Source of the DNA: Polymyxa betae A26-41
Lineage: Eukaryota; Protista; Endomyxa: Phytomyxea
Direction: 5' to 3'
Length of the DNA stretch: 64,000 bases
Assembly: GCA_003693705.1 (NCBI GenBank)
Contig: RBZT01000754.1
Location: forward strand, 1 to 64,000
Shown: positions 35,778 through 48,429 of the stretch, piece by piece
Layout: every line of letters begins with the position of its first letter
Numbering within the stretch: position 1 is the stretch's first letter
Made by a program: the position numbers and the translations under genes
Notes under the pieces: generated by a model
The model's database searches: none
Told to the model about the DNA's origin: nothing
Seen by the model: only the letters and a program-made list of their open reading frames with translations

Positions 35778-37207
35778 GTGGAGGCAATGTCAAACCCGCT
35801 TGGCAATCCTGGTAATCTTGGAAAAGCTGCTCACAATCAGTTCGCAGACGTTCAACAAAATCCTGAAGATTTGGATGAGAATGTGTAAATAACCCATTAA
35901 AATGCCCATGGTAGGATTCCAAGGCATTGTTGGTCCGGTTCGCAATCTCGTTGGCATTGATGTGAGAATGAATATTCCATTCGTGGGGTGGAAACTGCCT
36001 GATCCACGTTGCGCGAAAGTATTGAAAGAAAGACTCGAGCTTGGCGACTTCGCTGTCTTCAGTTAGCCGGATCTTATGGCGTACGTAGTCAAATCGTATG
36101 TTGGAATTTCGCTATGCGAAATCACTGTTAAAACGTCCAATACGCCAGGCCTCATCAGTCTTCTGATAGTATCATCAGGAATCTGTAGGCTGATAAGCTG
36201 CCTACGGTTGGCCTGTTTCCAGTCCCGATGATGAGCGCCTGATTTCCAAACACCCCTAAATACTGTATTATTTGTTAAGTCTTCGGAATAGACCGCTTAC
36301 CTTTGATTGCTCGCATCAAACCGTTCTCGAAATCGCCAGTGACCGTCGCGACTTTGATACAGCCGCCATTGACAGCGACGCAAAGGTTGAGCGCAAACTG
36401 GTAAAGAAATTCAGATTTACCAGTATAAGGATATGGAATACTGGAATATACATATCACTGGCTGCATCCCTTGCCATGATCCCTAGCAACTGCTTGAATG
36501 GCTTTGGAGCAACCTTAAATGTTGCATCGATTAACAGGTGTACCCCCGGATAACGAAGAATTCGGCACAGGCCGGCGCGTGACCATCCTACGAGACGGTG
36601 CTGCACGGTTCCTGAAGAAGGATCGTAGATCGGCGTGTTAAAAGACAAGGAAGAAGTCATCCCATTTGTCGAAGGGCCAAATTAGGGACTTCAATATCTT
36701 GAAGCCTATCAGCTCTGCGCTCTCCATGACGCTGATTCTCAGCACGTGTGACTACTTCCGCTTTTGTCATCATGTGCACCGGCGTTGCCTCGTATTTAGA
36801 ACGGATAGCGTTTCTGATTTCAATCCAGATTGATGACGCAGTCATCGACCGTTGAGAAATTTCCAGATTGTCGGTTAAATCTTTCATCTAAGATTTAAAC
36901 ATCAAATCAATTGTTACATCTGATATCGCGTATCAAGATTGAGATTACTCACTTCTTCCGTGACGTCGATAACTTGGACAGAATGTTCGGTTGTGCAATA
37001 ACGACAAGAATGAGGCTGGGAGACGAATTCTTGATCGACATTCCGATCTGGGTGAATAAGGATTGCAGAAAGACATGAATTAGGATGTTTTTTGGTTTTA
37101 CGCCACTGGCTGCATCTGTAATATTGCAGGCTATTACTATACGTTGAATGATAAACGTATTTGCATCCATCAATGACAATGGGTGCATTTCGAACAGGAG
37201 ATTGCAT
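35775..37207 (-). pseudogene. MULE transposase, same family as 21071-22652
   Basis: YYRCSQWRK..C..H.C, RRADRLQDIE, VHLLIDATFK, WKQAN, RTNNALES and HPNLQDFVE motifs. Confidence 0.88.
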
Positions 37208-37308
37208 TTTTTAAAAATCAAGCTCAGCGTGCAAATCAAATCCAGCGCGATAACAGGGATTATACAGAGCACCACGCAAACTTTACGCATTTGTCGTTTT
37301 ATTGATCA

Positions 37309-37982
37309 TTGGTCGATTTATTGGTCGATTTAGAGTGCGTCGTATCTTGTGCTCCAACAGAGGATGATATAGAGGGTCAGCTAAAAATGAATGCTAAACG
37401 AGGCTTTAATGGAATGCTATGCTCAATTGACTGCATGCATTGGCAGTGGAAAAACTGCCATGTCGCATTTGCAGGACAGTCAAAGAAAAAGAAAAAATGC
37501 CAACAGTCGTACCTGAGGCATGGACCGATAAAGAATTATGGATTTCGCATTGCAACTTTGGGTCGCCAAGCTCATTAAATGACATCAATATTCTCGATCA
37601 ATCGCCAGTGTTTCAGAAAATTCTGCAAACCAACGGTCAAATTCAAAATAAACTGTAGCGTTTTCCAATGCAAATGTGGAAAAAAACTCTCACCATTGAT
37701 TATCCAAACATAGGAAAGGAATATGACATGGCTTACCTTTTCGCAGATGGAATTTATCCCGATTGGCCAGTTTTCATCAAATCAATGGAGAGACCACAAG
37801 GACTGAAGAATCTGCATTTCAGCAAATGTCAAGAGAAATGTCGGAAAAATGTCGAGCGGGCCTTCGATGTACTTCAGGCACGATGGCGAAGCATCGATAC
37901 TCAATGCCGATTATGGTCCAGCGACTGCATGTCAACTGTGATGAAGGCTTGCATTATCTTACATAATATGGTATATAGTTGA
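37309..37982 (+). pseudogene. Harbinger transposase (Plant_tran-like); degenerate C-terminus continues to ~38400
   Basis: SIDCMHWQWKNC, SLNDINILD, YLFADGIYP, RKNVERAF..LQARW and CIILHNM motifs. Confidence 0.9.
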
Positions 37983-38103
37983 AGATCAGAGATATGATGT
38001 GATTCAGGATGGGCATGCTCACCTGTTTCAACCCGAAAATCAGCCAGGAGGAGTTCCCGTATGGACAGTGTCACGTCCACCAGCAGGGCGAAGTCCTGTG
38101 ACT

Positions 38104-38291
38104 TGTGTCAATATATACGCAATATTCGACTAACCTCCGATCGGAGCTGGCAAAACTCCGTTAATCGGAAACTCGCCGAGTTCCGAGCTAACCTCCGATC
38201 TTAGAGATATATAGGGGCTTGTAATCCATCTAATATAATCATTCTGCATTCATCATTACAGCTGTAACATCAATTTAGTAGACTTGCTACA
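38104..38291 (+). repeat. Gypsy solo LTR (188 bp) with 4-bp flanking duplication GACT
   Basis: TGTGTCA...GCTACA, homologous to 16676-16865, with GACT at 38100-38103 and 38292-38295. Confidence 0.85.
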
Positions 38292-38421
38292 GACTATTGC
38301 TAATGTTATTGCTGCTTCGAATCGCCTGCACTATAACCGCCGCTACAATTGCATCCGCGCCGATATCATTGAACACTTGTGGATGCTCCATTTTGATGTT
38401 TGACAATTCTCTTTAATGTAC

Positions 38422-39333
38422 TCAGTTGGGCTGGTCAGTCGCAACCCCTTCACCTTGATCTTCGTATGCTGATGTAGGCTGCACCTTTGAGATGCCCATT
38501 TCGGCATTTAAACGAGCAAGGGCAGTCATCTTTCGCAGCTCAAGGTATTGGCGGGCGATATTGTCTGTACGATTGGTTACCATGCTGATCAGATTGAGCT
38601 CAAACTCCTCCTGGACGACCTTGACTCTCTCCTTTAAGCTTGCAGCTAGCGCTTCTGCAGCTTGGACTTGGCGAGCTTGAAGCGATAGAGATATTTTTTC
38701 CATTTCGTCTTTTTCATTCCTATTGGACGCTTGGTTTCTGTCTCTTCACCGTTGTGATTGCTCTGACTGTTGTCAGCTTCGCCAACCTGAGCAGGATCGC
38801 GAGCTGCAGCTTCGATAGCAAATCGCGATCTTTTTGTTGCTGGTGTCGAGCGTTTGGATTGGTGGACCGCCAAGCACCCCATTTAACAGATTCACGCAGG
38901 ATATACAAGTATGAAATGTATTTGAAAGCTGATTTATGCTGAGAACGAAATAAATCTAAAGCATCTCGTTTTGATCATCCTCGGTCGTCCCGCTCTGATC
39001 TAGAACTTTAACCTGTTCATAGCATCCGATGAACTTAGACACGTCATGGGATGTCTAAAAATGTGAAGACAGACTAGAATAAACTCGTTCGCAAACAAAC
39101 ATCCCCTCACTTCTGAGATTGACGTCAAAAACCTCCTTTACTTTTCCGTAGAACATCTCGGACGTCTGATTCGTCCCCACCGAGCTGTCGGAACTGACAG
39201 CAATCCAAGCAACGCAGAGAGCCTTATCTTCATCGGGCCCGTAGTTCAGGCTTTTCCTAGGTTTGCGAGCGATTATCAGAGCTTCAGCTGCGCTCATAGC
39301 GACTGCTGGACAAGGGCAATATCTCAAATACAA
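38422..39333 (-). pseudogene. Harbinger accessory Myb-like / NAM-associated protein
   Basis: NY..DED..LCVAW..VS.D..VGTNQ and KRPIG.KK motifs. Confidence 0.85.
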
Positions 39334-39889
39334 AAACTATATTCCCAGCCAAATATGGCCGGGGATTTAACTGCGGGGTCCGCCGCTATTCTGAAGAAAC
39401 TAAATTTGTGGTCGCGGTGGAAGACGTTTTTTTTAATTGGAACATAAATATAGCTCTAGCACGGCGTTTTATGGTTGCGGTGGAGATGCTCTTAATTAAC
39501 AGACATGCCTAATTAGCGTATCGGTCGATGATATGATCTTCCGCAAGGCTCAAGGATCGATTCCGTGTTCATGCTATAGTTCTTTCCTCTGAACTCAAGC
39601 AAACAAACCGATTAGCTCAGAACATGGTGTTCGGACACAATGTGAGATGCCCTAACCTCTTGATAGAATATATTTGCAATGCCAATTCGCCTTTCATTCA
39701 TTAGAGACTGGTTCAAGTAGAAAAATTGCGGGAAAAAAATTGCGGGAATAAAAATTCCAGTGAAAAAGTAGCAGCCTCCGGAAATGGCGGCACCGCTATT
39801 TCGTGATAGCGGGGCCTCCATTTCCGGAGACTGCGCGCTGTTTCTCTGCTGCCGTCTTGGCGTCTCTGGGTAGGCAGTTTCGAGCGACC

Positions 39890-40376
39890 ATGTCGTCATC
39901 ATCTGTTCCCGCTGAGCCGGCGCCCACCTGTGGGCAGCACTCCTGCTACCAAGCGCCGTGGGAGGAAGCCGAAATCCCAAACCGGGAGCAGTATCCGTTG
40001 GAATAACGAAATGATCGAAAGTTTAATGACAGCAAGATTCGAAACCTACGGTCGGTTCTTCAGAGAAGTTAAGAACAGCCATAAACTCTCCGAGGGGTGG
40101 TCAAAAGTCGCATACGAGGTTTGCAAAGTGACCAATCAAAATGTCAATGGCTACAAATGCCGTCAGCAATTCGGCAGATTGCAGACAAAATGGCGAGACC
40201 ACAAGCCTGATGGAAAAGAATCTGTTCGAACGGGTAACCAGGATCCCGGCAATATCGTAAAGCACGAAACGTTTGCCACCATTCAGCCGTTTTTTCGAAA
40301 AAGCCGGGCTGTGGCTCTTACGCGTCTAGCTAAATCCTCCGAATCGCCGAGCGCAAAAACTGTAACTGGTTTCTGA
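39890..40376 (+). pseudogene. Myb/SANT-like (trihelix) DNA-binding ORF with AT-hook-like motif; orphan Harbinger accessory gene fragment
   Basis: KRRGRKPK, RWNNEMIESL, GWSKVA, C.QQF..LQTKW and RTGN motifs. Confidence 0.7.
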
Positions 40377-40498
40377 ATTAGAAAGTGCGCTCATAGAAAG
40401 TTGGCGCACGATACTTTGGGGGTCCTTTTAACTTAAATTCGCTACCTAGCTTACTAATTATAGTATCCGTTCGATCGCTCAGACTTCGCTTGCTCATC

Positions 40499-42150
40499 AT
40501 GGTGACCTGTCCGATCGAGTCTTGCGCTAAGACCTTTGCCAAGCCTCACAATCTCAAACGGCACCTTGCAACGGTCCATGATGAGAACCAGCAGAACGCC
40601 AGCTGCAATCAATGCGGTAAAGCATTGAAGAACGAAGAGTCGTTAACCAGGCACAGGTTTCGGTGCCAGCCTCGCTCCATTGTTGAAAATGGTCGGCCAG
40701 CGTTTTCCTGCCCTTATTGTGAGGAGAAGAGTGGCAGTTTCCAGTTGTTTGAAGGACACATCCTACAGGCCTGAATAGCGCGTCTTTATAGCTTCAAATA
40801 ATTTTATTTATATAAACAGCATCATCCCGAATCTCCTCTTGAAGAACAGACTCATCCGTTTTCCGACATCAGCACTTTTAATGAATGGAAGGACTCTCTT
40901 GCTGATCGATTTCGTGCACAATATGCTATACTGAACTATCGTTCTTGCCAGGCCAGCGGCAAACTACCAGATGTTTGTCTGTCGTCGATCAGGCGAAGGC
41001 GTGAAAGAACCGGAACAATATGTGTTGGGCGACCTTGCCAATGTAAGCTGTCGACCATCCAGAAGCAAGTCGTCTTGCAAGCTGACTGAAGCTTGCGCTT
41101 CCCGAATCTATGCTACTACACTGCCTGATAGTCAGGTCGTAGTTAGATACATTCCACTCCATACAGGACATGATCCTGAAAGCGCTGAAGAGTTGAAGCA
41201 CCTGCGACTTTCCGGTTTTATTAGACGGAAGATAACGCTGCAGTTATTGAATCAGGTTGATGCGCGATCTATAGTTCGCTCCATTAATCACACTCTGAGT
41301 GACCGGAATTGTCGCGAATATCATTTATTGGTAAATAAGCGCTCATCATCTTCAGCAATCATTGTAATCTCGCAGGATGCGAACCGTAACGAATGGGTTA
41401 CTATAAAGGACGATAAAATCTAAAAGATCGCCTTCAAGGCCGAGGGAACGATGCTATTCGAACAGATGTTCTTATTATGGCATCGCAGTCGGAGCAATAT
41501 GATCAGTTCTGTGCTATAAGCGTAAGTTTGGTTTGGCAATATGCCAATACTTATTGTCCACTGTTTCTAATACGACAATCAGCTGCAGGAATTAGCGACG
41601 CGACAGATTTCGGGTTTCACAATAACGAGTTCTTTCTGGTTCTGCAGACCAAGTTCGTGAGTGACATAATGTTGAGGTAATCAGGTTTAACTGCTTAAAT
41701 CCGTTCAAAAATTTTAAAGTTTTGTTTAAAACATCATTTCATCTAACCCGTTAAATAAAAATAAACCTACCAGATTCGGACAACGAGTGGTGGTAATTGA
41801 TTCAACACACAACACGAATCAATACAAATGCAAACTAATCACAATATCTGTGGTGAATCCTCAAAATAACAGAGGATATCCTGCAGTTTTCTGTATCAGC
41901 TCTCACGAAAACTCTAAAGCACTGTTTGCATTATGGAGAATCATAAAGGTACAGTCAAATGTAACAATCAGGGAGAAATACGCAGCAGAGCCCAAACCTT
42001 TGTCATTACAGGGACGTTATCCAGGATTTGCACCGCGAATCATGTTGCAGGATGATGATATCGTTCCATGGAGACAAGCGACTGCCGTGTTTACATCTCT
42101 ACAACATCGTTATTTATGTGTATGGCATGTTCATAAAAACTGGATGGACA
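40499..42150 (+). pseudogene. Intron-containing MULE transposase with N-terminal C2H2 zinc fingers, 3'-truncated
   Basis: CPIESC..F....NLKRH...H, CNQC, FVCRRSG..C..HTGH, VIDSTHNTN and YLCVWHV motifs. Short GT..AG introns near 41331-41375, 41522-41582, 41677-41773 and 41949-42011. Confidence 0.8.
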
Positions 42151-43090
42151 ATGTGACCCCGCGCAGTTTTCCGCACTGGGGGTATATTGCACAGTGACGG
42201 CACCCTTCTTCACTTCTCTTCGGATGTACGGTTGTGGTATTTGACGTCTATGTGCTTGGATCGGCGCGTCGTCGTTTCGCTCTAAAATAACGCGATGGCG
42301 CTCTGGTTATCCTCGTGGATAATAGTGGGTCCGGGATGTGTCAGGACGCCGGCCTCGTTGATGACTCGTCGACAGGCACTCAGCTCCTTACAGACCTCGG
42401 TCTGGGGATGTATTCAGCTTCGGTTGAAGACAGAGAGACCACCTTATGCTTTCCTGACGACCAACATATCGGACCATTCATACGGATCTTTATTAGAAAA
42501 GGCTTTATTTCCAGGCAATTGCTTCAGCAATGACCGAATCTATCGGCAATGTAAAACGCCCTCCAATGAAAACGGCGTTATTGCTGATCTATGGATGTCT
42601 TTTCCCACTTAATGACAGAAAAGTCGCTTGAGGTGGATTTCTGTCTTTGGTGTCGTTCGCCCAGTCTGCATCCAAGTAAGCCTTGAGAACAGGATCTTGC
42701 TCGCTTTGAATTTTATTTCAAAATTTCTTATATTCTGCAGCTAGCGTAGAACTCCCTTCGTCGCGATGATGTCTTGACTGTTCGGGGAGTGTACATGCAG
42801 GGCGCATTTGTTGACCCCGAAAAAAATATCAGGCCGTGTCGAGACCGCATTGTACATCAGGGATCCGATACATTGCCGGTGAGGAACATCGCCGAGTTGT
42901 TTATGATCGTTGACGTTCGTATTCTGATCAGCTTGAATTGCAGGTGCCGACGCCGGTCGACAGTGTTTCATTCCGTATTTCTCCAAAAACCTCGATCGCC
43001 GCTGTCTGGGACAAAGTGATGTTTTCGGTAATTTTCGTCGATGTCCACCATGATGCCGAGAACCCATTCGATTTTTATTCAGTCTTTCAG

Positions 43091-43324
43091 TGTAATAGCG
43101 CCGCCTTCTCGGTCATTATTTTACCATATTTTCTATTCTTTCTATCAGCGTACCGACACAATTTCTATCCAAGGTACACTTTGGATCGATAATACATTGG
43201 ATCATTACTACTTTTACTACTCTCTCTCACAGCGTCCTCCGCTTCGATAGCATTCTAACTGCATCCTCAGTAACTTCTTCCTTCTAGCTCTGAGCGCCTG
43301 GGATCAACTTCCGGAGTCCTCACA
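43091..43324. repeat. Solo LTR (234 bp) inserted in the copia F RT, TSD TTCAG
   Basis: TTCAG|TGTAATAG...CCTCACA|TTCAG. Removing it restores RT text (RFKLKD...WVLGI). Confidence 0.88.
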
Positions 43325-46300
43325 TTCAGTTTAAATCTCTTCTCAGCGCGTTCTTCAACTTGGTCATGTTGTCGACCTTGGTCGCTGCGATTGCAATATC
43401 ATCCACGTAGAGCGGCAACAGCATGATATTGTCATTGCTTCTCACCTTGAACATGCAGGGCTCTGTTTCGAGAGGTTTCAGGCCGAACTCTATCAGGAAA
43501 CTCGAAATTGTTCGCCACCATTTTCTACCGGCTTGTTTAAGGCCGTAAATTACTTTAGTGAGTTTGCAAACGAGTTCATGGCCGCTTTTGTCCTTAACCT
43601 GGTATCTAACGGGCTGCCGCATGTAAATTTCAGAGCTTAACGTTGAATTTAGGTAAGCAGTACTAGTCGAGATATCCATGTGGTGGATCACCATCTTCTT
43701 CGCAGCTGCAATACAGAAGCAAATTCTCAATCCGGTCAAAGAGATTACGGGCGCAAAAGTCTCCAGGTAGTCTTCTCTGTGCTTTTGTGAAAATCCTTAA
43801 GCGACTAATCGCGCCTTGTAGCTTCTTGGAGTTCCGTCTGCGCTTGTCTTGGATCTTGTACGATTGCCTTGAGGAGCTGGTAAAAGTTCCCCATGCCTCG
43901 TTCAGCTTCATCGAAGCCATCTCCGTTTCCATCGCCGCTCGCCATTCGTCCGCGTCCTCACTCTGAATTTTTCCGTGAAATTTGCCTGGCGTCTGGTCCT
44001 CCGTCGTCATCATGTACAAGTTCTGCTCTGCGAAACGTTGTGGCGTTCGGATTTTTCTCCCGTTTCGCGATCTTACTTGATTTCCATGTTTGACATTATT
44101 CTTTTCGACTTCATCTTGTTCATTTTCATTTTGTTCTTCATCTTCAGAAATTTGATCGTTATCTTAATTGTTGCCGTTCTCGTCATCACAATTTTCGTCA
44201 TCTTGGTTTTCAGTTTCAGTTTCTTCGAATTCTTCATTCGATTTTTGATCACTTCGTCGACGACGATTCAATTTCCGCAGATAATTGAATCTTGTTCATC
44301 AGAGCTGTGGTCATTTTTTTGCTGCACGTTCTCGTTGAAGTTCGTTACGTCCATTGAGACCACGATCCTTCCGTCCTTCAGCAGCACCATGAATCCGCTC
44401 TGATTGGCCGCGAGTCCGAGAAATCTGAATATTTCGGCCTTTCCATCCAACTTCCGTCTCTTCTGGTCCGGGATCATTACGTACGCCCTGCATCCGAATT
44501 CGCGAGCCTTGTTTAAGTTTGGCTTGAGTCCAAAACGGACTTCGCAAGGAGGTTTTTGATTCAATGTTCCTGATGGTGATGGGTTTCTGACTTAGGCTGC
44601 ATAGGTGATGGCATAAGTCCAGCACCTTCGCGGAAGACTGTTGTTGGTGATCATGCTTGGTGCTGCATCGACGATTGTTGTTCGCACGTCCCGAGATGCC
44701 GTTGTGTTCCGGAGTATAAACAGTGGATGAAAAACGTTGGATTCCATTGACTTCAAAAAATCTTTCGAAATTTTGGTTAACATATTCGGTTCCATTGTCT
44801 GAAACAAACTATCGAATTGGTTGGTCCAAACCAGTTTCCGTTCTCAACTGACTATAGAATTTGCTAAACATTTCAAAAACTTCTGATTTTCTTAACATTG
44901 TATATATATAGAAATGTGTTGCGAAAAATCATCGAGAAATGTGACAAAATATTTTTCACCATTCAAACCTTCAGTATCAAGTGGACGGCAAACGTCCGAA
45001 TGAATAATCTCTCCATCTCGTTTGGAACGAATCGAAACATTACTGGGAGTATGAGAAGGTAAGTGAGCCATTTTACTGAGTGCACAGCCTTGACTTGAAA
45101 CGTTTGGTGGTTTGCCAGTAGCAACATTGGCGCCAGATTTGTGCAGCTCGTTAATCGAGACGAAGGTGCCATAACTGGTAAGATGCCGATGGGGTGTTGT
45201 TTGATATGGCCATATTGCACTGGTTGCTGTCTTCTAGAATTTTGAAAAGGTTGACTACCAGTACTCCTTTCCCACGATCCGATTCCTCTTCAACATCATG
45301 ACGCCGTTCCGGGTGAATGGCACTTCGTTAATGCCGCTGTCCAGCGACTGCGAGACCGAGATCAGGATGGCTCGAATTTTCGGTACCACTAGAGCGTATT
45401 TGATCGTCAAATTTCCGCACTTATAATCTGCCAGTCCTTCTGTTCGAAGTCGTTGCCCATTCCCGATTGTAATTTCGGAAGCGTCGGAGAATTCGGTGCT
45501 TCGAATTAATCTTCCTGCTGTCTCCTTCTTGGCCATGTGGGCCGCTGCTCCTGAATCGATAATCCAAGAGTTTCCGAACCCGCTTTGACCTCCGTCTTGG
45601 TCCGCAATGAAGGCTGCATGGGGAGCATCTTGAGATCTAGAGTTAGTTCGGCAATATCTCGCTATATGACCGGTCTTTTGACAACTGTAGCAGTTGATGT
45701 TTCCTCGTCCTGTTCGCTGATGGCTTCTGTTGCGCTGAAAGCGCGGGCCATTATTTGTGGCAAATGCTGCATCTGAACCTCTTCTGTTCCTCGATTTACT
45801 CTTGTTGCTGTCAGCCTAGAGAGCCAGAGCTTCGTCATTTAAATATTGAACGACTTCGTCCAATGATTTTGCTTCGTCGCAATTCTGGTTTCTAATGTAT
45901 GACGCCGTGTGGTTGAGTTTGTCCGGCAGTTTCTCTAGGATCGCGATTATCACATCATTGTCAGCCAGTTTTGAATCCATCTGCTCCAGCTCTCGGGCCT
46001 TCATCAGGATTGCATCCAGAAAAGACGCCATGCTCTTGAACTCATCATATGGGAGATTATGAAGCTCTTGCCGCTTCCTGTATTTCTCCCTTCTGCTCTT
46101 TCCTTGGTGATAGGACGCCTGGTAGTCCCACATTATCTTCGATGTAGCCTTGGAGATGATCTTGATTTTCATCTCGTCGTCGATGCATTTTGCAATCTGG
46201 GCCACTGCGATTGCTTCTCGACGGTCCCAGTCGTCGATATTCTCTTGAGTGACCGTGCTCCCATCCGCCATCACCGGGACTGTCTCTGCTCCCGCGATGA

Positions 46301-46464
46301 TGTTCCATACGTCGGCAGCTTGCGCAGCCAGCTGGAATTCACATGACCGCAAAGCGAAGTTCGATTGCCCTTGTTTCGCCACTATGAATTTCTGAACGTA
46401 CGTCAACGTTGTGTTCGAGCTCATTTTGTCCAGCAGGAATCCTTGTCGCAGACATAAACGTGAT

Positions 46465-46478
46465 CTGGGCCGATAACC
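46465..46478 (-). promoter_or_regulatory. PBS of the half-tRNA-iMet type (1 mismatch)
   Basis: The minus strand reads ...AACA|GGTTATCGGCCCAG, against the canonical GGTTATGGGCCCAG. Confidence 0.75.
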
Positions 46479-46761
46479 TGTTAATGTAAAAATAATTTGC
46501 TTGGTAATTAGAAGTGTGTTAGCTAACTGATTAGCCTATTGTGTTGTTATTATTGTCGATACGGTCAGTATTGATTCAATTAGGGACGCACGCCTCTGAC
46601 TCAAATGATACTGGTATGGGCGGCGGGATCATCATCAGCTGCATCAACGCGTACTTCAGTAAATCTTACTCGAATTAGGTTCCTTAGCTTTTTTGGCTTA
46701 GTCAGTTAAGTAAGACCCTCAAGGCTCAAAATCCTGAAAACCTCAATAAGACCCTCAACCA

Positions 46762-48420
46762 TGGCTGAAAGTACCCTGGTCTTATTAGCCCGAATTACTG
46801 TATGTCCACTGTTGCCTCCTGCATGAGCTATTATAAATCGTCGTATCCTAAGATCTGTGGCTTCTAAAGGACTCTTCATTGTGCCAGCTCTGCTCACTTT
46901 TAGATTGTCATTATTAACGTATGATGCTGATTGTAAAGGTTCTTGCTGAGCCTTTCGAATCTCATCTACTGAAGGCCAGATAAAATATTTTTTATGAAGT
47001 GGTCTTATTCTATATTCAACTGGAATATCTTTAGAATTAGAGAAAGCAGCTCTAAGTGCCTGAATCTTAACAACATTAGTTGATGCAGCCGATCCCCAAC
47101 GAGTCATCAAATCTGACCAAACGTTATCTTCACCCTTAATGTAATGTATCTCATAATTCAATTTCTGAATTTCTAGAGCCCAACGCTGTAGCTCTGAGCC
47201 ACTGGCTTCGAGACACTATTTGGTGAAAGGATCTGTGTTAAGTTCTTCTGATCAACAAGTAATCTAAACGGTCTGTCGTTCATTAGAAAGTAATCAAGCT
47301 TATTCAACGCATCAACTCCTGCAAATCCTTCTTTCTCAACAGTTGACCGATCCAATTGAGCGCCTGAGAGTTTATGTCCACAACCCCGAAAGGTTCATGT
47401 CTCTGTTGAGCTACCGGCTTATCAAGATTAGTGAGTGGAATCTGAGTAACAACTGCAGAGCTGTTGCTTTCATTAGCATCAGTATATAAACATTGCACCA
47501 TGACTCTTTTTGGATACTCAAACTTCACATGTTGAGCAATAGCTTGCTTTTAACTCTTCAAAAGCTAGTGCCGCTTTTGCGCTCCATCCATATTAGGTTA
47601 GACTAACTTGCCTTTTAAACCTCTTTGACCTTCCTGGTTGACCATTTCCTTTTCAAAAATATTTTATAAAGCATAAACCTTTGAAATAAACTCTGGAATA
47701 CTTTTACTCATCCATTGTGCTGCCATTAAAAACTGCTGCAAATCTCTTGCTGTTTTAGGCTGAGGTATCTCCACTAAAGCATCAATTCGGGCTCGGTCAT
47801 TTGACAATTTGACACTCCACTAGTAGAAAACAATCTACCACAATACTTGACCTCAGTGGAAAAAACTCGCACTTCTTTATATTTAATTTAGTATTAAAAT
47901 GTGCAGCCAATTCAAAAACACTTTCAAAGATGGCAAACCACTGCTCTAATGTCGAAACATGTCCTTGCAAATCATCTATCCAAATGATAAGCTTATGAAA
48001 TATCAACTCCTTAAATATTCTAAACATTCTGGACTGAAACTGAATAACAGAACTTAAGGCTACCTGAATGGATTTTTTAGGAGCAAAAACGGCTCTATCT
48101 GTCATAAGAGAAAACATTAAACATCTCTTATCATTCCTCTGCTAACGGCATAAGCCAAAATCCTTTGAATGCGTCTAGTTTAAACCAGTACTTGGAATTG
48201 CCTAGATTCGTAACAATGGACTCCAGAAATGGCATTGGCCAAAGGTATTCTCAGACATGGCTTTTACCGCACGTAAATCTACCCACATCAGAAGACCACC
48301 GCCTTCCATTCTTTTGCGACCAAATCATCAGTAAAGTCCTTAAAGAATTGGCTCTGTCCCTGACTATACTTTCTAGGTTTGCACTTATCTGGCTTAGCAT
48401 TCGGTTCAAGTTTGGTTAAA
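46762..48420 (-). mobile_element. Ty3/gypsy pol fragment (RT-RNase H-integrase start)
   Basis: WPMPFLE, LDAFKGFW, WIDDL, LYTDA, EKEGF, IKGEDNVWSD and IIAHAG..GH motifs. Confidence 0.88.
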
Positions 48421-48429
48421 GAAAAAAGT

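Larger units (their letters stand above)
37309..39492 (+). mobile_element. PIF/Harbinger element of the Plant_tran type with two convergent genes; right TIR intact, left end lost
   Basis: Ends ...GGTGGAGATGCTCT|TAA at 39492, a Tourist/Harbinger-type TIR with a TAA target. Confidence 0.85.
42153..46760 (-). mobile_element. Ty1/copia element F: 5' LTR (~46479-46760), PBS, gag through RNase H; 3' end lost
   Basis: gag ORF 45816-46424, CYSCQKTGH knuckle, WIIDSGA, HSDVC, IYGLKQAG/LYVDD (ORF 43326-43739), STRPDI, KHIDVKY near 42245. Confidence 0.9.
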
